A DNA stretch of 62,199 nucleotides, the filler included, from Gonapodya sp. JEL0774 (Eukaryota): NCBI GenBank assembly GCA_027604505.1. It is 19 parts of 19 records of this genome, joined end to end, with 100 filler letters (N's around TTAATTAATTAA, not from the genome) between each part and the next. Parts side by side here need not be neighbours in the genome. Positions count along the whole stretch, not along the records: positions 36,127 to 39,300 come from JADIIX010001421.1; positions 39,401 to 42,574 come from JADIIX010001422.1; positions 42,675 to 45,847 come from JADIIX010001423.1; positions 45,948 to 49,119 come from JADIIX010001424.1; positions 49,220 to 52,391 come from JADIIX010001425.1; 14 more parts are not named here. The stretch is one strand, 5' to 3'. The notes under the pieces are model-generated. The model saw nothing but the letters and a program-made list of their open reading frames with translations. It searched no databases and was not told the origin of the DNA. The translations under genes and the position numbers were made by a program. Shown here piece by piece: positions 36,127 through 49,369 of this stretch (position 1 is its first letter; each line of letters begins with the position of its first letter).

Positions 36127-37990
36127 AGGAGAACCACGAAGAATGAGCGTAGTCGCATAGTTACGTATGAGATAATTATAGAGGACTTACGTATTCAAAG
36201 TTTTGAGCGGCCACCAGAGGATTAATCGCGTTCTTCCACCAAGGACCAAGCTCGGCACGGATTTCGCCACAAGCACCACCGACTATAATTTTGGTGATGA
36301 GAAAACGCTGGTTTGAGATTCTAAAGACTTAGACAAACGAGAAAGGATGCCCACCGTTCGGGTGCTTATCGAAAACTTTCCACAAGTAGTAGATTGCCTT
36401 GTCGAGAGGTCGAGTTCCGACATCCAACAGAATAGTCACCCGAGGTCTGGTGCCCAGACACACAGTAATACAATAACATTGAAACAGAGGTTGTCGGAAT
36501 ATCATTATCCAGGAAAGTCGACTCACTGCAAAATAGGACAAAACGCGTGGAAGAACCATCGGTGCGAGTTGATTTTCTTGGCGTTCGCTTCCTTCAGACA
36601 GAATATGGTCTGGATGGGAATGGTGTTCTGAAGCCTTAGACTCTCATCCACCATGACCTGCGTCGTGTACTCAAAAATGTGAGCCGACACTTTTGCTTCG
36701 TCGTTGCTGCCGTCTTGAGAGGGGAACTTGTTGGGCACGGTTCCGACGACAATGCCCTCCTGGTAAAGTCCGAGTAGCCCGAGCAGCGACAAGGTTTGCT
36801 TGTTGATTTGAGCTCGCCCATCGGATACGACCACGATGACAATTTTCTTCCAAGACTCGGGACCCCATATGGGGGAACGTGTTTTGCCCATGAGGTAGGT
36901 GAGATTGTGGACGAGCCCCTCCCAGGACTTGGCGAACAACTCGGGTGATTCGTTGTACATCGTACAGCCTTATTGTACGACGTTAGAATTCGGAACAGGC
37001 AAACAGAGACCACACGTCTCTGCGAATGGAACTTACAGATGGCCAGCTCGATTTGCCTGGGTGTCGAGTGCTCCTTCGGACGCAGAGTAAATCCCTGTCG
37101 TGCGAACTCATCTGGGTCGCAGGCGGGTGCTGTGTAACGCAAATATTCGGTTTCCCAACCAGTCAGACTGGAACCTTCGATAAGCTTTGGAGGGACTTTG
37201 ATGTCGACCTTGAAGAACAATAAATTTTAGTCAATGAGCGAGCATCTCCCAAAATCCAATTCCTCTGAGGAGGGGCATCAGAAGGTACTCCAGATATTTC
37301 ATGAATGATTGAAGCTCGCAAATCGGTTTCAATTTTTTTCAGCTGAGCTCAAATGTCTCCACCACCACCACCCAACTTTCCTCCAAATCTACGACGATTC
37401 AAAACATGAGATGGGCATTTACTCAACCAGTCCTCTGCATTTCTAGGCGGATATCAAACCGCTTGTGCCCCTCCCAGACTGTGGGCAGGAACTAACCTGC
37501 AGGTTACCTTTGGGGGTCAGCGCGAACGACTTTTTCGTCTTTGATCGCTTGAATCCAGGCTGCGCAGACGATATCGTGGCCATTCTGCCGACGCGGTCTT
37601 GCGGTGGAGGCTGAGCACTGCTGTCGAATCGAACACCAGTTCGGCCGCCACCACCGCGACCACCACCGCCGCCTCCACGGTCTCCACGGTCTCCATTAGG
37701 AACGCTCGATGTGCCTCGTGGCGGGGGAACATTGACGCGTTGTCCTGCAATCAGAGGTGAATGAAGTGTGTCATGTTTGTTTTCCTGGTCACATGCGCTC
37801 TGCGACGACTGAGAAACGGACCCTGGCTGTTCCTCCCACCTGCATTGGCCATCATTGGGGCATCTTCGCCATCATCGTCAAGATCCGGGCGCTGCCGAGC
37901 GCCTGGAGGATACTGGTTCATTTGATAGTTGCCAGGAGGAGGCGTTCCGGCCTGCCCAGCCGTGGGAACTGCAGAATATCTTCCTGCCAT
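36127..37990 (-). CDS. CHS: Chitin synthase (division 1, class I-III type), 3' truncated
   Basis: [83 protein letters not shown]. Confidence 0.96.
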
Positions 37991-39412
37991 TTCAGGCGTG
38001 GGCTATCACGTCGAGAAAAACGAAAACAAGTATGTGAAGGACAGTGGGTCTCAGCGAAAGACCGGTTGCGGGGAAGCAATGAGGGGCAGCCGGTATGAGC
38101 AGCCGCACCGCCCCATCCATTTGGTTGCCCAAGTCGCCCAAGCAAAACCACCTCAACGCGTCGTCTTTACCTTTCGTGGTGGAGACGTTCGCCCTGGATT
38201 CGACTGTCGCTGAGCTTCTCTCCCTCCTTTTCCCGAGCTGCGTCCTGGTGGGGGGGTGGAATCGGCGCGGTGTGCCTCCCTTGTGTCGCGTTGTTCACCG
38301 CCTCCGTTTGCGCGTTTCTGAGGCTGATTCGGCGGTATAGGCGAGTATCGCTGGTCGAGCGAGGTCTCCTTGTTCATAATCCCTCGGGCATCAGCCTTTG
38401 TAATACAATATTGCGGCCAGCTGGAACCGTGTTCGAGGCTTCAGTTGCGGTTCATTTCAAAAAGCACGGGCGACCGATTCGCAAACGCAGGTATGCGAAT
38501 CTTGCCTCAACTGAGGTTATTTAAACAAGTAATCTATCTTATTCGGAGCTGCATTCACAACGAATTTCCGGAGTGCGGAAGAGTCCCAATCTACTGGATC
38601 CTCCAGCAAAAGATCACGCAAGGTCCTGTCCCGCACATTCCACACGAGCTGGCACAAAGCTGCATTTATGAAAACTATCGAGAATTCTATTAATGTTTCC
38701 GGAACTGACACATACTCTTGTATTATGATAGCGTGAGATCTCTGGTGGTCTCGGTACGTCCTTCAATACATAGTACTGCGCAGCGATCAAAGAATACAGC
38801 CGAGCTATAGCTCAACGACTCAAGGCAGACATCAATACGCAATCAACCCTGGGACTCTAAACGAACGATTCTCGGGAGGTTATCATCATAAGGTTGCATG
38901 CGCCTGTGTGTTTCATAAGTACTATGATCCAATGCAACGAAGAACCGATGGTTCACAGATATGCTAGTGGAGCGTGAATGTGTACCGCCTCATATAGCCG
39001 TACGACTTCCTGGGCTGGTCCCTAACTACATCAAGTCCATAGCAACCACCACCAATGCCCAGAACGATCCAAAAAACGACAGCACAGCAAACGCCAGCGT
39101 AGCTTGAGCGACGGAACAGTATTGAGTGGTGAGAAGGCACCACCACGCGACCCAGCGGTACGAGCCGCACACCGAGAGCAAGAAGATGAAGTGGATCGTA
39201 AGGTCTCATTGCGAAATACATGCGGGGGGGGTCATATCAGAAGGCGTTTCCTATGAGAATTTCGCATTCGAATTTGAACACTGTCAATCGACTCACATGT
39301 NNNNNNNNNNNNNNNNNNNNNNNNNNNNNNNNNNNNNNNNNNNNTTAATTAATTAANNNNNNNNNNNNNNNNNNNNNNNNNNNNNNNNNNNNNNNNNNNN
39401 CACATGCCATAG

Positions 39413-40690
39413 GTTCGACGAGAAAGTTGAGATGTGACGGTCTATCACCGCAGTGCACCCACTGCCAGTAAGTGATGTGCTTCTACAGTTCAGTCTGTCG
39501 TCCTTGTAAATGCGGTGACGTCTCCTCTCAGCGCGGCAAACGCCACCTGTACATATAATCGGGTCTTACGAAAACGAGGACCACCCAAAGGCTCTCACCG
39601 TACTCCGAAGAGCGCCTCTGCTGACTCCTCGAACCAAGCTGGACGGGCTAGATGCCGGATGTCGGGAAGGAAGGAACGCTTCCCGACCTCCGGGTCGCAA
39701 GACCTGCGCCTGGTGGGGTATGATGAGGCACAAGAGAGGGACTACGGCCTCGTTCATTTGATGCCGAGTGCCGTGGCGCAGGGTCAGGTATTCCAATCGG
39801 CCGCCTTGCCTGGCTCGGCGGACAATTCCCATGCAATGGACGCGGGGCCTGGCTCCACTCAAAACTTTCCGGCACCCACCATGCAGTATGCAACTGGCCA
39901 GATGGTCCAGTATGCATCACCTTACCCCGCTCGGAGCAATTTCGTCAGGACGATGTCGGATTCAGAGGTATCCTCACGCATAGTGAACGAACCGTATTTG
40001 CAGTTTCAACAGCAGCCGCGGTATCCATTTCCAAACGAGCATTCGTACTCGAGCGTACCGCAGCAGCAGGTTCCTGAAATCGGGTATACTCTCGTTTCCA
40101 ACCCACAGGCTCCGCATTCGTACATTGGAGCCCAGAACCGTGTGAACACTGTATTGGAACAACCGCGGCATTACCACTTGCAGTCTGTTGCCCCCACCTA
40201 TAGGCAGCACGAGCAACCGCAGTACCTATCATACCATGCAGAGTATTCGTTCACACCCGCTGCAGCACCAGATCAGTCTGGCTCCGTCATTCAACACTCT
40301 CCTTCTCTACCCTTCACTCCAACCTCTGTAACATCTGATGGGCCCGGAATTTTGCATACACGTCACGTTGGTGGGCGATGGACGCAAGAAGGACTCGTCG
40401 AAGCTCCTGGAGAGCTCACCATTTCAGCCGGTGCTGCAGGACTCCATCACCAAGGATTCGGACAAACTGCCCAATGGGACCCACTATCAATTTCTTCCAG
40501 CGCTACCTCCGACCTCTTTCCTGGCTCTCAGTCGATACCAATTCCTCCCTCAGCGAGGATCCAGGGTATCACCACCCTCCCGTCTCACCAGCCGGGACAG
40601 CCGCCACAGCAATACCTTGTCGTGAACATTCCTACGACAAGTGGGACTTCCTATCCCTCGCCGCATCCAAGTCCGTCTGTTTTTTGTTGA
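39413..40690 (+). CDS. Zn(II)2Cys6 fungal transcription factor, 5' truncated
   Basis: Spliced STRKLRCDGLSPQCTHCH-AANATCTYNRVLRKRGPPKG, followed by a Q/P/S-rich region. Confidence 0.85.
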
Positions 40691-40999
40691 ACTTCTTCTT
40701 CTGCATCTCGTACTCTTGCATTTTGGACCACTACCGCGCTGGACGCTCTTTGCATTGCGTACTCTTACTCGCATTGAACGCGTACTTTGGAAACTTGATG
40801 GTATGATTGTAGGCTCACGTTGAAAGCTGATCGCGCACGCATGGGTCGTACGCGCGTGTTTGTCGCATCATTTTGGGAGTTTTCTTCGTGATCTCCACCA
40901 TTTATTTATTCAATTACTGTAATGTACTCACGTTCCTGAGAAATATGAGCATGTTCAGCAGGAATTCGATGTGGCACGATCGAGCCGCTCACTTTACAA

Positions 41000-41400
41000 C
41001 CTACAATACAACCTACAAAAGCTCACTTCGCTTCGCCTTACTGAGGTGAAAGTACCTTGGCATTCTGTTGTGAACCCCTTCTGGAGAAGATCGGTGCCAA
41101 GTTGATAAACCTGAGCTTGTCTCCCGAAATTACGCAACCACTTACATCGAAGGTGGTTGAAGATATAACAAAATATTGCAAGAGCCTTGAAGTTCTAGTG
41201 TTTTGTGGTTACGATGATTGTCCAGTCTTCGTTCTGGTCCAACTGGTTGCTTCCCAGACTCTCAACTTTGGGTTTTGACGGAACAGACATTATTCCTCAC
41301 GAAAATGGGAAGAATTATTTTGACTCTATCACAAAAAGACGTACATCACGCTTCCAGATGTATTTCCGTTGGAAGGAGATGAAGGGGCCACACTTGACAT
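41000..41400 (+). pseudogene. Degenerate RNI-like LRR fragment
   Basis: LEKIGAKLINLSL..ITKYCKSLEVLVF, flanked by frameshifts and stops. Confidence 0.3.
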
Positions 41401-41812
41401 AACAGACGGATATTAGCAATTGGGGGGACACCTCTCTTGCCGGGTGCTCTGCTATGCCGCCGTCCAAGGCGCCAGGCTGGAAACTATTGTCGTGGGAGTT
41501 GGTATTGGAGTAGCAGCATAATCAATGGTTTTCGAATGCTATATTTTATCAGTTAATGTGTTGAACACGGGCCTACTGAATCTTTATCCTGCAACGCGTT
41601 CTGCTCTTCACGTGTTTTCTCCAATCTGAGTAAGATTGCAAGCCAGATCGAGATGGGCGTGCGGTAGGAGATCTGGGGTTTGTCGACGATTTAGATGTGC
41701 CTCTATTTTCGGCGATAATCGGCTGGTAAATAGATTCTCAAGCCATATCATTTGATTGTTGGACAATGCACAATGTATATCTTCATCGTCCAGACCAATG
41801 TATTAACACCCA

Positions 41813-42574
<762 letters not shown>

Positions 42575-42674
42575 NNNNNNNNNNNNNNNNNNNNNNNNNN
42601 NNNNNNNNNNNNNNNNNNTTAATTAATTAANNNNNNNNNNNNNNNNNNNNNNNNNNNNNNNNNNNNNNNNNNNN

Positions 42675-43838
42675 AGCGTCACGAAGCTCAACGCAATCGA
42701 TGATCAGGATATCAGCTTGGGGTATCCTCTCTCAATCACTAAGGACCGTTTCGGACGTTTACAAACCACGTTGTTCCCCGAACTCTTGTCATTCGACGCT
42801 TACATGACGGAGTTTCAAATCCGGGGAGGGTATGGTATGCGCACATCCGACGGTCACGTGTATTCCAATTGGCTTCCTATCTACCTCGGTGAAACCCGGT
42901 TCACCAAGAACTTCTCGGTCTTGACCACAACAATCTCGGTCATCGCTAACGGTCCTGACGGCACTTCTCGCAACGACTTCCATCCTACCCAGATCCTTAA
43001 GGTATTTCCGGCACTCCTCAACCAGCAAATTGTGGCACTCATGAAGGGCGACGCGCATGAGTCTGAATCGGCCATCAATGCGTTTGTGTCTCTGTTGCGG
43101 ATACTCAAGCGTCTGTTGCGGTGTTACCCCAGGCTGGTCGACACCATGAAGCAACGTGCCGGGGACTTCCTTCGCGATGAGTTCAAGCGACACAAGAAGT
43201 GTGTCCCCGACCTCGGCGAGTTCCTCATCGTGTTGGCGCTGCTCAAGGAACACGACTCCAAACTGTGCTTCGACAACAAACGAATGCAATCCGCAGTAGT
43301 TGGGGAGTTCTTCGCTCGGCAAATTCTATGGATGAGGAAGAGTAGCCAGCGGCTACCTTCGGACATTTGCTCCAACTTTGCAGGGGAGGAACGCTTGGTG
43401 CAGATGCTTCGGCGATCCTTCAAGGCGTGTGAGGTGTCAAACAGGCTTCTGGTGTACAACATTGAAGTGTTGCGAATGTTTGTGTTCCCTGGATTTGAGG
43501 TACGTCTTCACCCATGCTGAAGCACTAGGTGAATGCGAAGAAGTACACCTTATTTGTCTCGACAGAACGATCTGGATGTAAACTACGGTATCGCACCGGA
43601 GTCGGTCATCCTCCGCTTCCAACAACGCATCAAGCTCATTAAAACCAAAATGAACGGATACCGGATCATGATGCGGGTGCGTTTCAAACATGGAACGGTA
43701 ATGATCGATGTTCTCTGACGATGTCCCAACACCCCAATGCAGGCAATTTCGTTCTCCGACACTGTGACGTCGCCACAAGCTATGCAGCAACTATTGCAAA
43801 AGGCTGTGGTGGTGTCATCGAGAGCGGGATACCACTAA
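42675..43838 (+). CDS. C-terminal part of an uncharacterised protein; I recall this domain occurring fused downstream of UBC (E2) domains in fungi/protists
   Basis: LGYPL..ELLSFDAY..YSNWLPIY..HESESAI..FL....RHKKCVPDLGEFL..EFFARQILW..SNRLLVY..YG..LQKAVVVSSRAGYH. Family assignment is from memory; the E2 domain is not on this contig. Confidence 0.6.
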
Positions 43839-44163
43839 GAAGTACTCTTTGATTTCAAACACCTCGAGCACCTATTTGATTCCCACACCTTGCCATTCAT
43901 CTTTTCCCAATCTGTTTATTTCAAGTATTATTTATTACTTACCATGTCCCCCATTTACTCAACTGTAATCACAAAAGGCTGAATATTAACATCCAACATC
44001 AAGAAGCAGCCCAACTGCTGTCTCACTTTCATATATCCACGTTTCAGTCCCCGTCCCTTCGAAACTTCAAATCTATGGAGCTCGATTCAAACTCATATTC
44101 TTTATCGAGGAAGGTTCCCCATTTGACCAACGTAATCGAATCAAACTTCGTTATATCCACAGT

Positions 44164-45177
44164 CTACCTGTCAATACACTAGAGCATGCACTGAGGGGTT
44201 TAGAGACGTTTTCTGCGCATTTCATGATTTCACCCAGAACTCTGCATTTGCCTACACATCCCACATCCGATCGAAAATTGCAGATTTGAGCCGATCAGTT
44301 TGTTATAAATATGCTATCATGTGTGATTCCGCCCCGCTCGGAGCCATCGACATCGTGGATTGAGCTGAAAATGATTTTGCGTTTTGTTTGGAGTTGCACT
44401 TGGTTATGCGTCGTGTCGGGCTCACGCCAGAGGTCTTGTATGGCTCAACTCAACAAAACTCCTTGCAGCAAAATATCGGTGAGCGCGATGATGTTCATGA
44501 GAACTTCTTTGAAATGGGGACCGGTATGACAGAGTGAGATCCGGTTTGCCCGTGCCAAGCTTCCAGAAAAGGGTATCACCAAGTACATGCTAGAATTCGA
44601 TGAGTTTGAGTAAAAATGACATTTCATTCGATGCGACTGCGTGCGCCATGAAACCATCAAAAGGAGTGCGCAGCTGGGACGTCCCAGAGTTCATTTGTAC
44701 ACGGCACACAAAATCAAAATTAGCCTGCGTGAGGACCTTCAGCCATAATTCTCTGGATAAGAATTCAAAATCTTGTGTTTTTTGATAATCTCATCGGCTC
44801 AAAAGTGCAAATTTGCCTCTCGTTCGAGCGGGGAATGGATGTTTAGGGTCCGCCGTATGGCTAAAGTGCTTCATCCGGCAGACCTCCTTCAACCGTCCGT
44901 AGGAGGTCTGCAGCGACCGCTGATGGCGGCCGAAGGCCACCAAACTTCACGGCCTACCTGTCAATACACTAGAGCATGAACTGAGGGGGTTAGAGACGTT
45001 TTCTGAGCATTTTGTGAGTTCGACCAGAACTCTGCATTTGCGTACACATCTCACGTCCGATGGAAAATTGCAGATTCGAGCCGATCAGTTTGTTATAAAT
45101 ATGTTATTATGTGTGATTCCGCCACGCTTGGAGCCATCGACATCGGGGATTGAGCTGAAGATGATTTGGCGTCTTGT
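44164..45177. repeat. Roughly 1-kb noncoding element bounded by ~224-bp direct repeats (period 790 bp)
   Basis: 44164-44387 versus 44954-45177 align without gaps, with about 21 mismatches by hand count (~91% identity); internal hairpins at 44878-44911 and 44924-44942. Confidence 0.85.
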
Positions 45178-45372
45178 GATGGCAAGTCACCCAACCAGTG
45201 TTCATACCTAATCTTAACATGCAGCTGTAGTGCTCCCGACGTACACAATTACGCGACTCTTATTACTACAGTTGTAAGTCTAACACTGGTACCTCTGATT
45301 GTATGGTATGTTGCCCATCGGAATAAACACTTATAAGTCAGACAATGGTGGTGATACAAACTCGGCGGTAAT

Positions 45373-45847
45373 TCAAAATCCTTCAAGTGGTTCATCCAGG
45401 ACAGCCAGCAACGCCAAACGGTGATCCTTCTCCGTCACTGTTCGCACCCGCGAAGCTAGTGTCCTGCCGTAATTTCGCCGGTACATCTTCTTAATGCGCT
45501 CTCGGTCATCTTGAGTGCGAAAGCGTATGAGAAGGCGGTTTAAAGCGGAGATTTTATGAGAATTCAAGGCTTGATTTATCATGTCTTGTTTATGCAAATC
45601 ATGGCGCAAAGGGTGAATGTGAACTGATGAACAAGGCGTTGGTGGCAAGTAACTCACCAGCTACTTGCTCATCCCGGTTCAATGCACTCCATGCCAAAAC
45701 GAGCAGCGCCTTACCAGTATTGAAGTTCGTCATGAACTCGGACTCGATAACTTTGAATATGGACGTGTGATAAATTCGTTCGTAGGTTTCAAACACTTGA
45801 CGTAAGTGATAGTCAGGTCTGTCAACAATTTCAATATCACCAAAAAG
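45373..45847 (-). CDS. Annexin-like protein, C-terminal repeats; 5' truncated
   Basis: RPDYHLRQVFETYERIYHTSIFKVIESEF..KALLVLAWSALN, then LNRLLIRFR..ERIKKMYRRNYGRTLASRVRTVTEKDHRLALLAVL (annexin repeats 3-4 pattern). Confidence 0.75.
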
Positions 45848-45947
45848 NNNNNNNNNNNNNNNNNNNNNNNNNNNNNNNNNNNNNNNNNNNNTTAATTAAT
45901 TAANNNNNNNNNNNNNNNNNNNNNNNNNNNNNNNNNNNNNNNNNNNN

Positions 45948-48116
45948 GGCAACAGCGAATGTACAAGGACAAAGTCACGCCAAGCCAAGGCCACCGGTGG
46001 GGAGTTCCAGTGGTGGTGTCGGTCAGTTCACCGTTGCTCATACACGCTCAACTGGTTCCTGACGAATTCGACTTCCTACCGGCACCCGTGCTAGACCTCC
46101 CTGATCTTAAACGAAAACGCGAAGACTCTATTGGTAGGGCCCCTTTTTAGCTATACCCCTAAGGCCCTCCATAATCTCACACTATGACACCAAACTCTCA
46201 TACATGCGATTACACTGTCTGTCAGGCCCCCCTTCGGTAGCCCCCGGTTCTCCTCTTCTCGTCCGAGAGGCCCTCAAAGGCAGTGGGTCGGGTCCTCCCT
46301 CTCGTGCTTCACCGCCGCCACCGCACCAGGTTGGCGCGGCTGCGAAAGAGACTGGAAAACCACCGTCAGCCCCGAAGTCCAAGGTGCGTTGTCCGAGTAT
46401 TTCGCTGTCCCGAGGCGATGCTCGACGCTAGAGCGTTGTGTTTCTTTTGGCTGAGCTCCGTTCGGAAAGAGGCATGAAATTCTTTGCGTGGACCCTGTTC
46501 AATGACGGCACTTGGCAGTGCACGCCCAATATAATCTATGGATAGCAGACATCGGAAGATGAGATTCTTGATGATCAGTGCATCGAAAGCCTTGCCCCAT
46601 CGCTCACTGACCCCTTTATTTCGCCCCATCCCCCCAATGTACATCAGCCCCCGACCAAACCCAAACCCCCCGTCCCAAAACCCAAAACCAAAGGCCACGC
46701 AGCCTATATTGCCGCCTTTCCTGAACTTCCGGGCCCAGGCGAACCGGGCTTTGACGGAGATTACAGCAGGGTGCCTAAGCCCACGAACCAGACACCTACA
46801 GATCAGTTCTGGAGGTTTGCGGATCAGTATTTGAGGAATATCACGGACGAAGATATGAAGTGGCTGGGTAGTAAGGTGCGTTTTTGTTGGTTGGTTTCGG
46901 ACAGTGAACGGTGGTGTTTTTGGCGCAAAATTTTGCATTGCAATTGAATTCCGAAAACTAATGAACAAGAATCGTGCATATCTACAGGGCGAAGATCGCA
47001 GTCTCTACATGATCCCTCCTCTTGGTCGTCCTTACCGCCAACAATGGGACGAAGACGACCGCCAACTCCGTATCGGCGCCGGATTACCTTCAACCACATC
47101 TTCCATTCCACCTCCCTTGGGCCCTCCGCAACAAGTGGCAGACTTGCGGCCGCATCTGAGCAACTCCGCCCGGGACGGAACCCCCGTGAAGGAGTATGTC
47201 GAAAGTAACGATACTGTGGTCGATGGAGACGTGTACTTGGGTCACTTTTCCGAGCGACTTATGTCGGCACTGTTGCAAGAGGGATTGATGCCTGCTGCAT
47301 CTGGAGTAGGATCAGGCGGTGCCGAACAGCCAGACGAAGGGAAGGCAGATGACGGGGATAGAGTGCTAAAAGGAGCAGGTGAGGGAAGAAGCAGAGCGGA
47401 TCTAGTGTCACTGGAGGAGCGCTTGAAATGGGAGTTGAGGGAGATTGGACTCATTGGGGATGATGACGTAAGTGTCGGGGTGTTCTAATTATGGCGTCAC
47501 ATTTTTTGGTTCCGATCGAGGGTGTTACAAAACACCCTCCATTTCGCGGAATCTCATTCTGCTACGCCTTTTCATTATAGATTGACTGGTCGACTACGGA
47601 AGACGATGCGGTGTGCGTCCAACTTCGCTCTCTCCAACGCCAGTTACAAGAACGGGTCCAAGCCAACCATGCCCGCAAGCTCCGCGTTCTAGAAGTCGCG
47701 AGACGATGGAAGGGGTACCAGGAGTATCGCGAGGTGCTGGACCAATTAGATAGGATGTTGGAGCAGGCGTACATTCGGAGATTCGTGAGTTCTCGGGCAA
47801 CGCCTTTGCCCTGAGGCGCTTTCGGGGAAACCAACGTATGACTTTGTACCCCAATCCCTGACAGCGATCTGCCAAAAAGAAGAAAACTCCACTCCAACCT
47901 ATTCGTCCCCTACCGACGGCACGACCAGGCGTACCTCAACACGACCCCGACAACGTCGCAGAGATTCTCAAAAAGAGGCGAAAGATCATGAAGGAGCTTG
48001 GGGAGCGGCTATATCCTCGGAAAGAGTACGGCGGGGAACCGAAAACGAAGAGCATATTTGCGGACGAAGGTGGTGGATCTGCCGGTGGGGTTGAGGGAAC
48101 CGGAAATCCTGCATAA
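45948..48116 (+). CDS. ADA3: SAGA/ADA histone acetyltransferase subunit Ada3/Ngg1, 5' truncated
   Basis: GDYSRVPKPTNQTPTDQFW..YLRNITDEDMKWL, IPPLGRPY..W, FSERLMSALL, LEERLKWELREIGL, EDDAVCVQLRSLQ..YQEYREVLDQLD..EQAY. Confidence 0.9.
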
Positions 48117-48457
48117 TTTATTTTTCAATTAAAATGCGGTCACTTTCTGTCTCCAACCTTTGTTTTTTTCGATTTGTGGGAGATTGTCCAAATCTGTGCA
48201 GCTTGGAGGGCAACTTGCATGGCTGTGCCACACTGTATGATGCCATTATTCAGCTTTCTAACACCACTCGAGTTCCGTCCCTTTATGAGAAAATACCTTT
48301 GTTGGGTGTACTTGAGAAACAAACCATTTCAGGCAGGAAATTGTCTCCTGTTGCTTTTATCCAGTTCCGAAACACTCTGGCTTCCGCCCGCCGAGTCGTT
48401 GTTTTTGCTTCATCTTCGTCCGCGCCATCAAACCAATCCGAGAGCCAAGACCTCATC

Positions 48458-49119
48458 ATGTCACACGAAGAACACAATGATTCTGCAATCACAATTCCAG
48501 CTGTAGAACAGCCTCTCCGTCGCCCTCATTCGATTTCCTCCGCAGTTGGAGGCGACGATTTGTTCGAATGGGACAACTGGGATGAGTTTGCGCACATCGC
48601 CAAGAGGACCGCCAAGCAACTTCCGCAAGCGTCCGCGCGCTATTTGTGGAATCTTTTCCCTATCTTCGGATGGTGAGGTGGATCGCATGCATTTGTAGTC
48701 TCAGATTGTGATATCGCTTGGTTGCTCATTTGTTTCTCGGTCGTCAGGCTTCCTCACTACGAACCCGCCTGGATCCCGGCTGATATTTTGGCTGGATTTA
48801 CCATCGGCATGGTGGTCGTCCCCCAATCCCTCGCTTACGCCAAAGTCGCTCAACTTCCCCCAGAATACGGTCTCTACAGTTCATTTGTCGGCGTCATCGT
48901 TTATTCTCTGTTCGCTACCAGCAAAGACATGACAATTGGACCCACTGCAGTCATGGCACTTACTGTCGGTCAAGTTATCAACCGTGTGAATGCCGATCAA
49001 TCGGTCGCCAACGTTGCCATTGCTACTGCGTTCTCAATGATTGGCGGTCTGATCAGTATGTGCAAAACGTGCTTTGGGCCGGTTATGTGATAGTTATTAA
49101 ACATTAACATTTTATTCCT
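48458..49119 (+). CDS. SulP/SLC26 sulfate permease, 3' truncated
   Basis: RYLWNLFPIFGW-LPHY..ADILAGFTIGMVVVPQSLAYAKVAQLPPEYGLYSSFVG..FATSKDMTIGPTAVMAL. Confidence 0.93.
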
Positions 49120-49369
49120 NNNNNNNNNNNNNNNNNNNNNNNNNNNNNNNNNNNNNNNNNNNNTTAATTAATTAANNNNNNNNNNNNNNNNNNNNNNNNN
49201 NNNNNNNNNNNNNNNNNNNCATCGATTTTATAGGTGGGTGAAGTAAATTACAGGGTGGGGGCACTCTCCAGGGTGGGGGGTGTAAAAAATGCGACACATC
49301 TCTACAATTTCCTGCAGACTTGTCCACACTTCTCTGCTCCAAAATCGGTTCGACTCACAATAGGTCTCC

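Noticed and set aside
38964..39300. Hydrophobic minus-strand ORF that might be a membrane-protein C-terminus
   Set aside because: Too short and truncated to assign.
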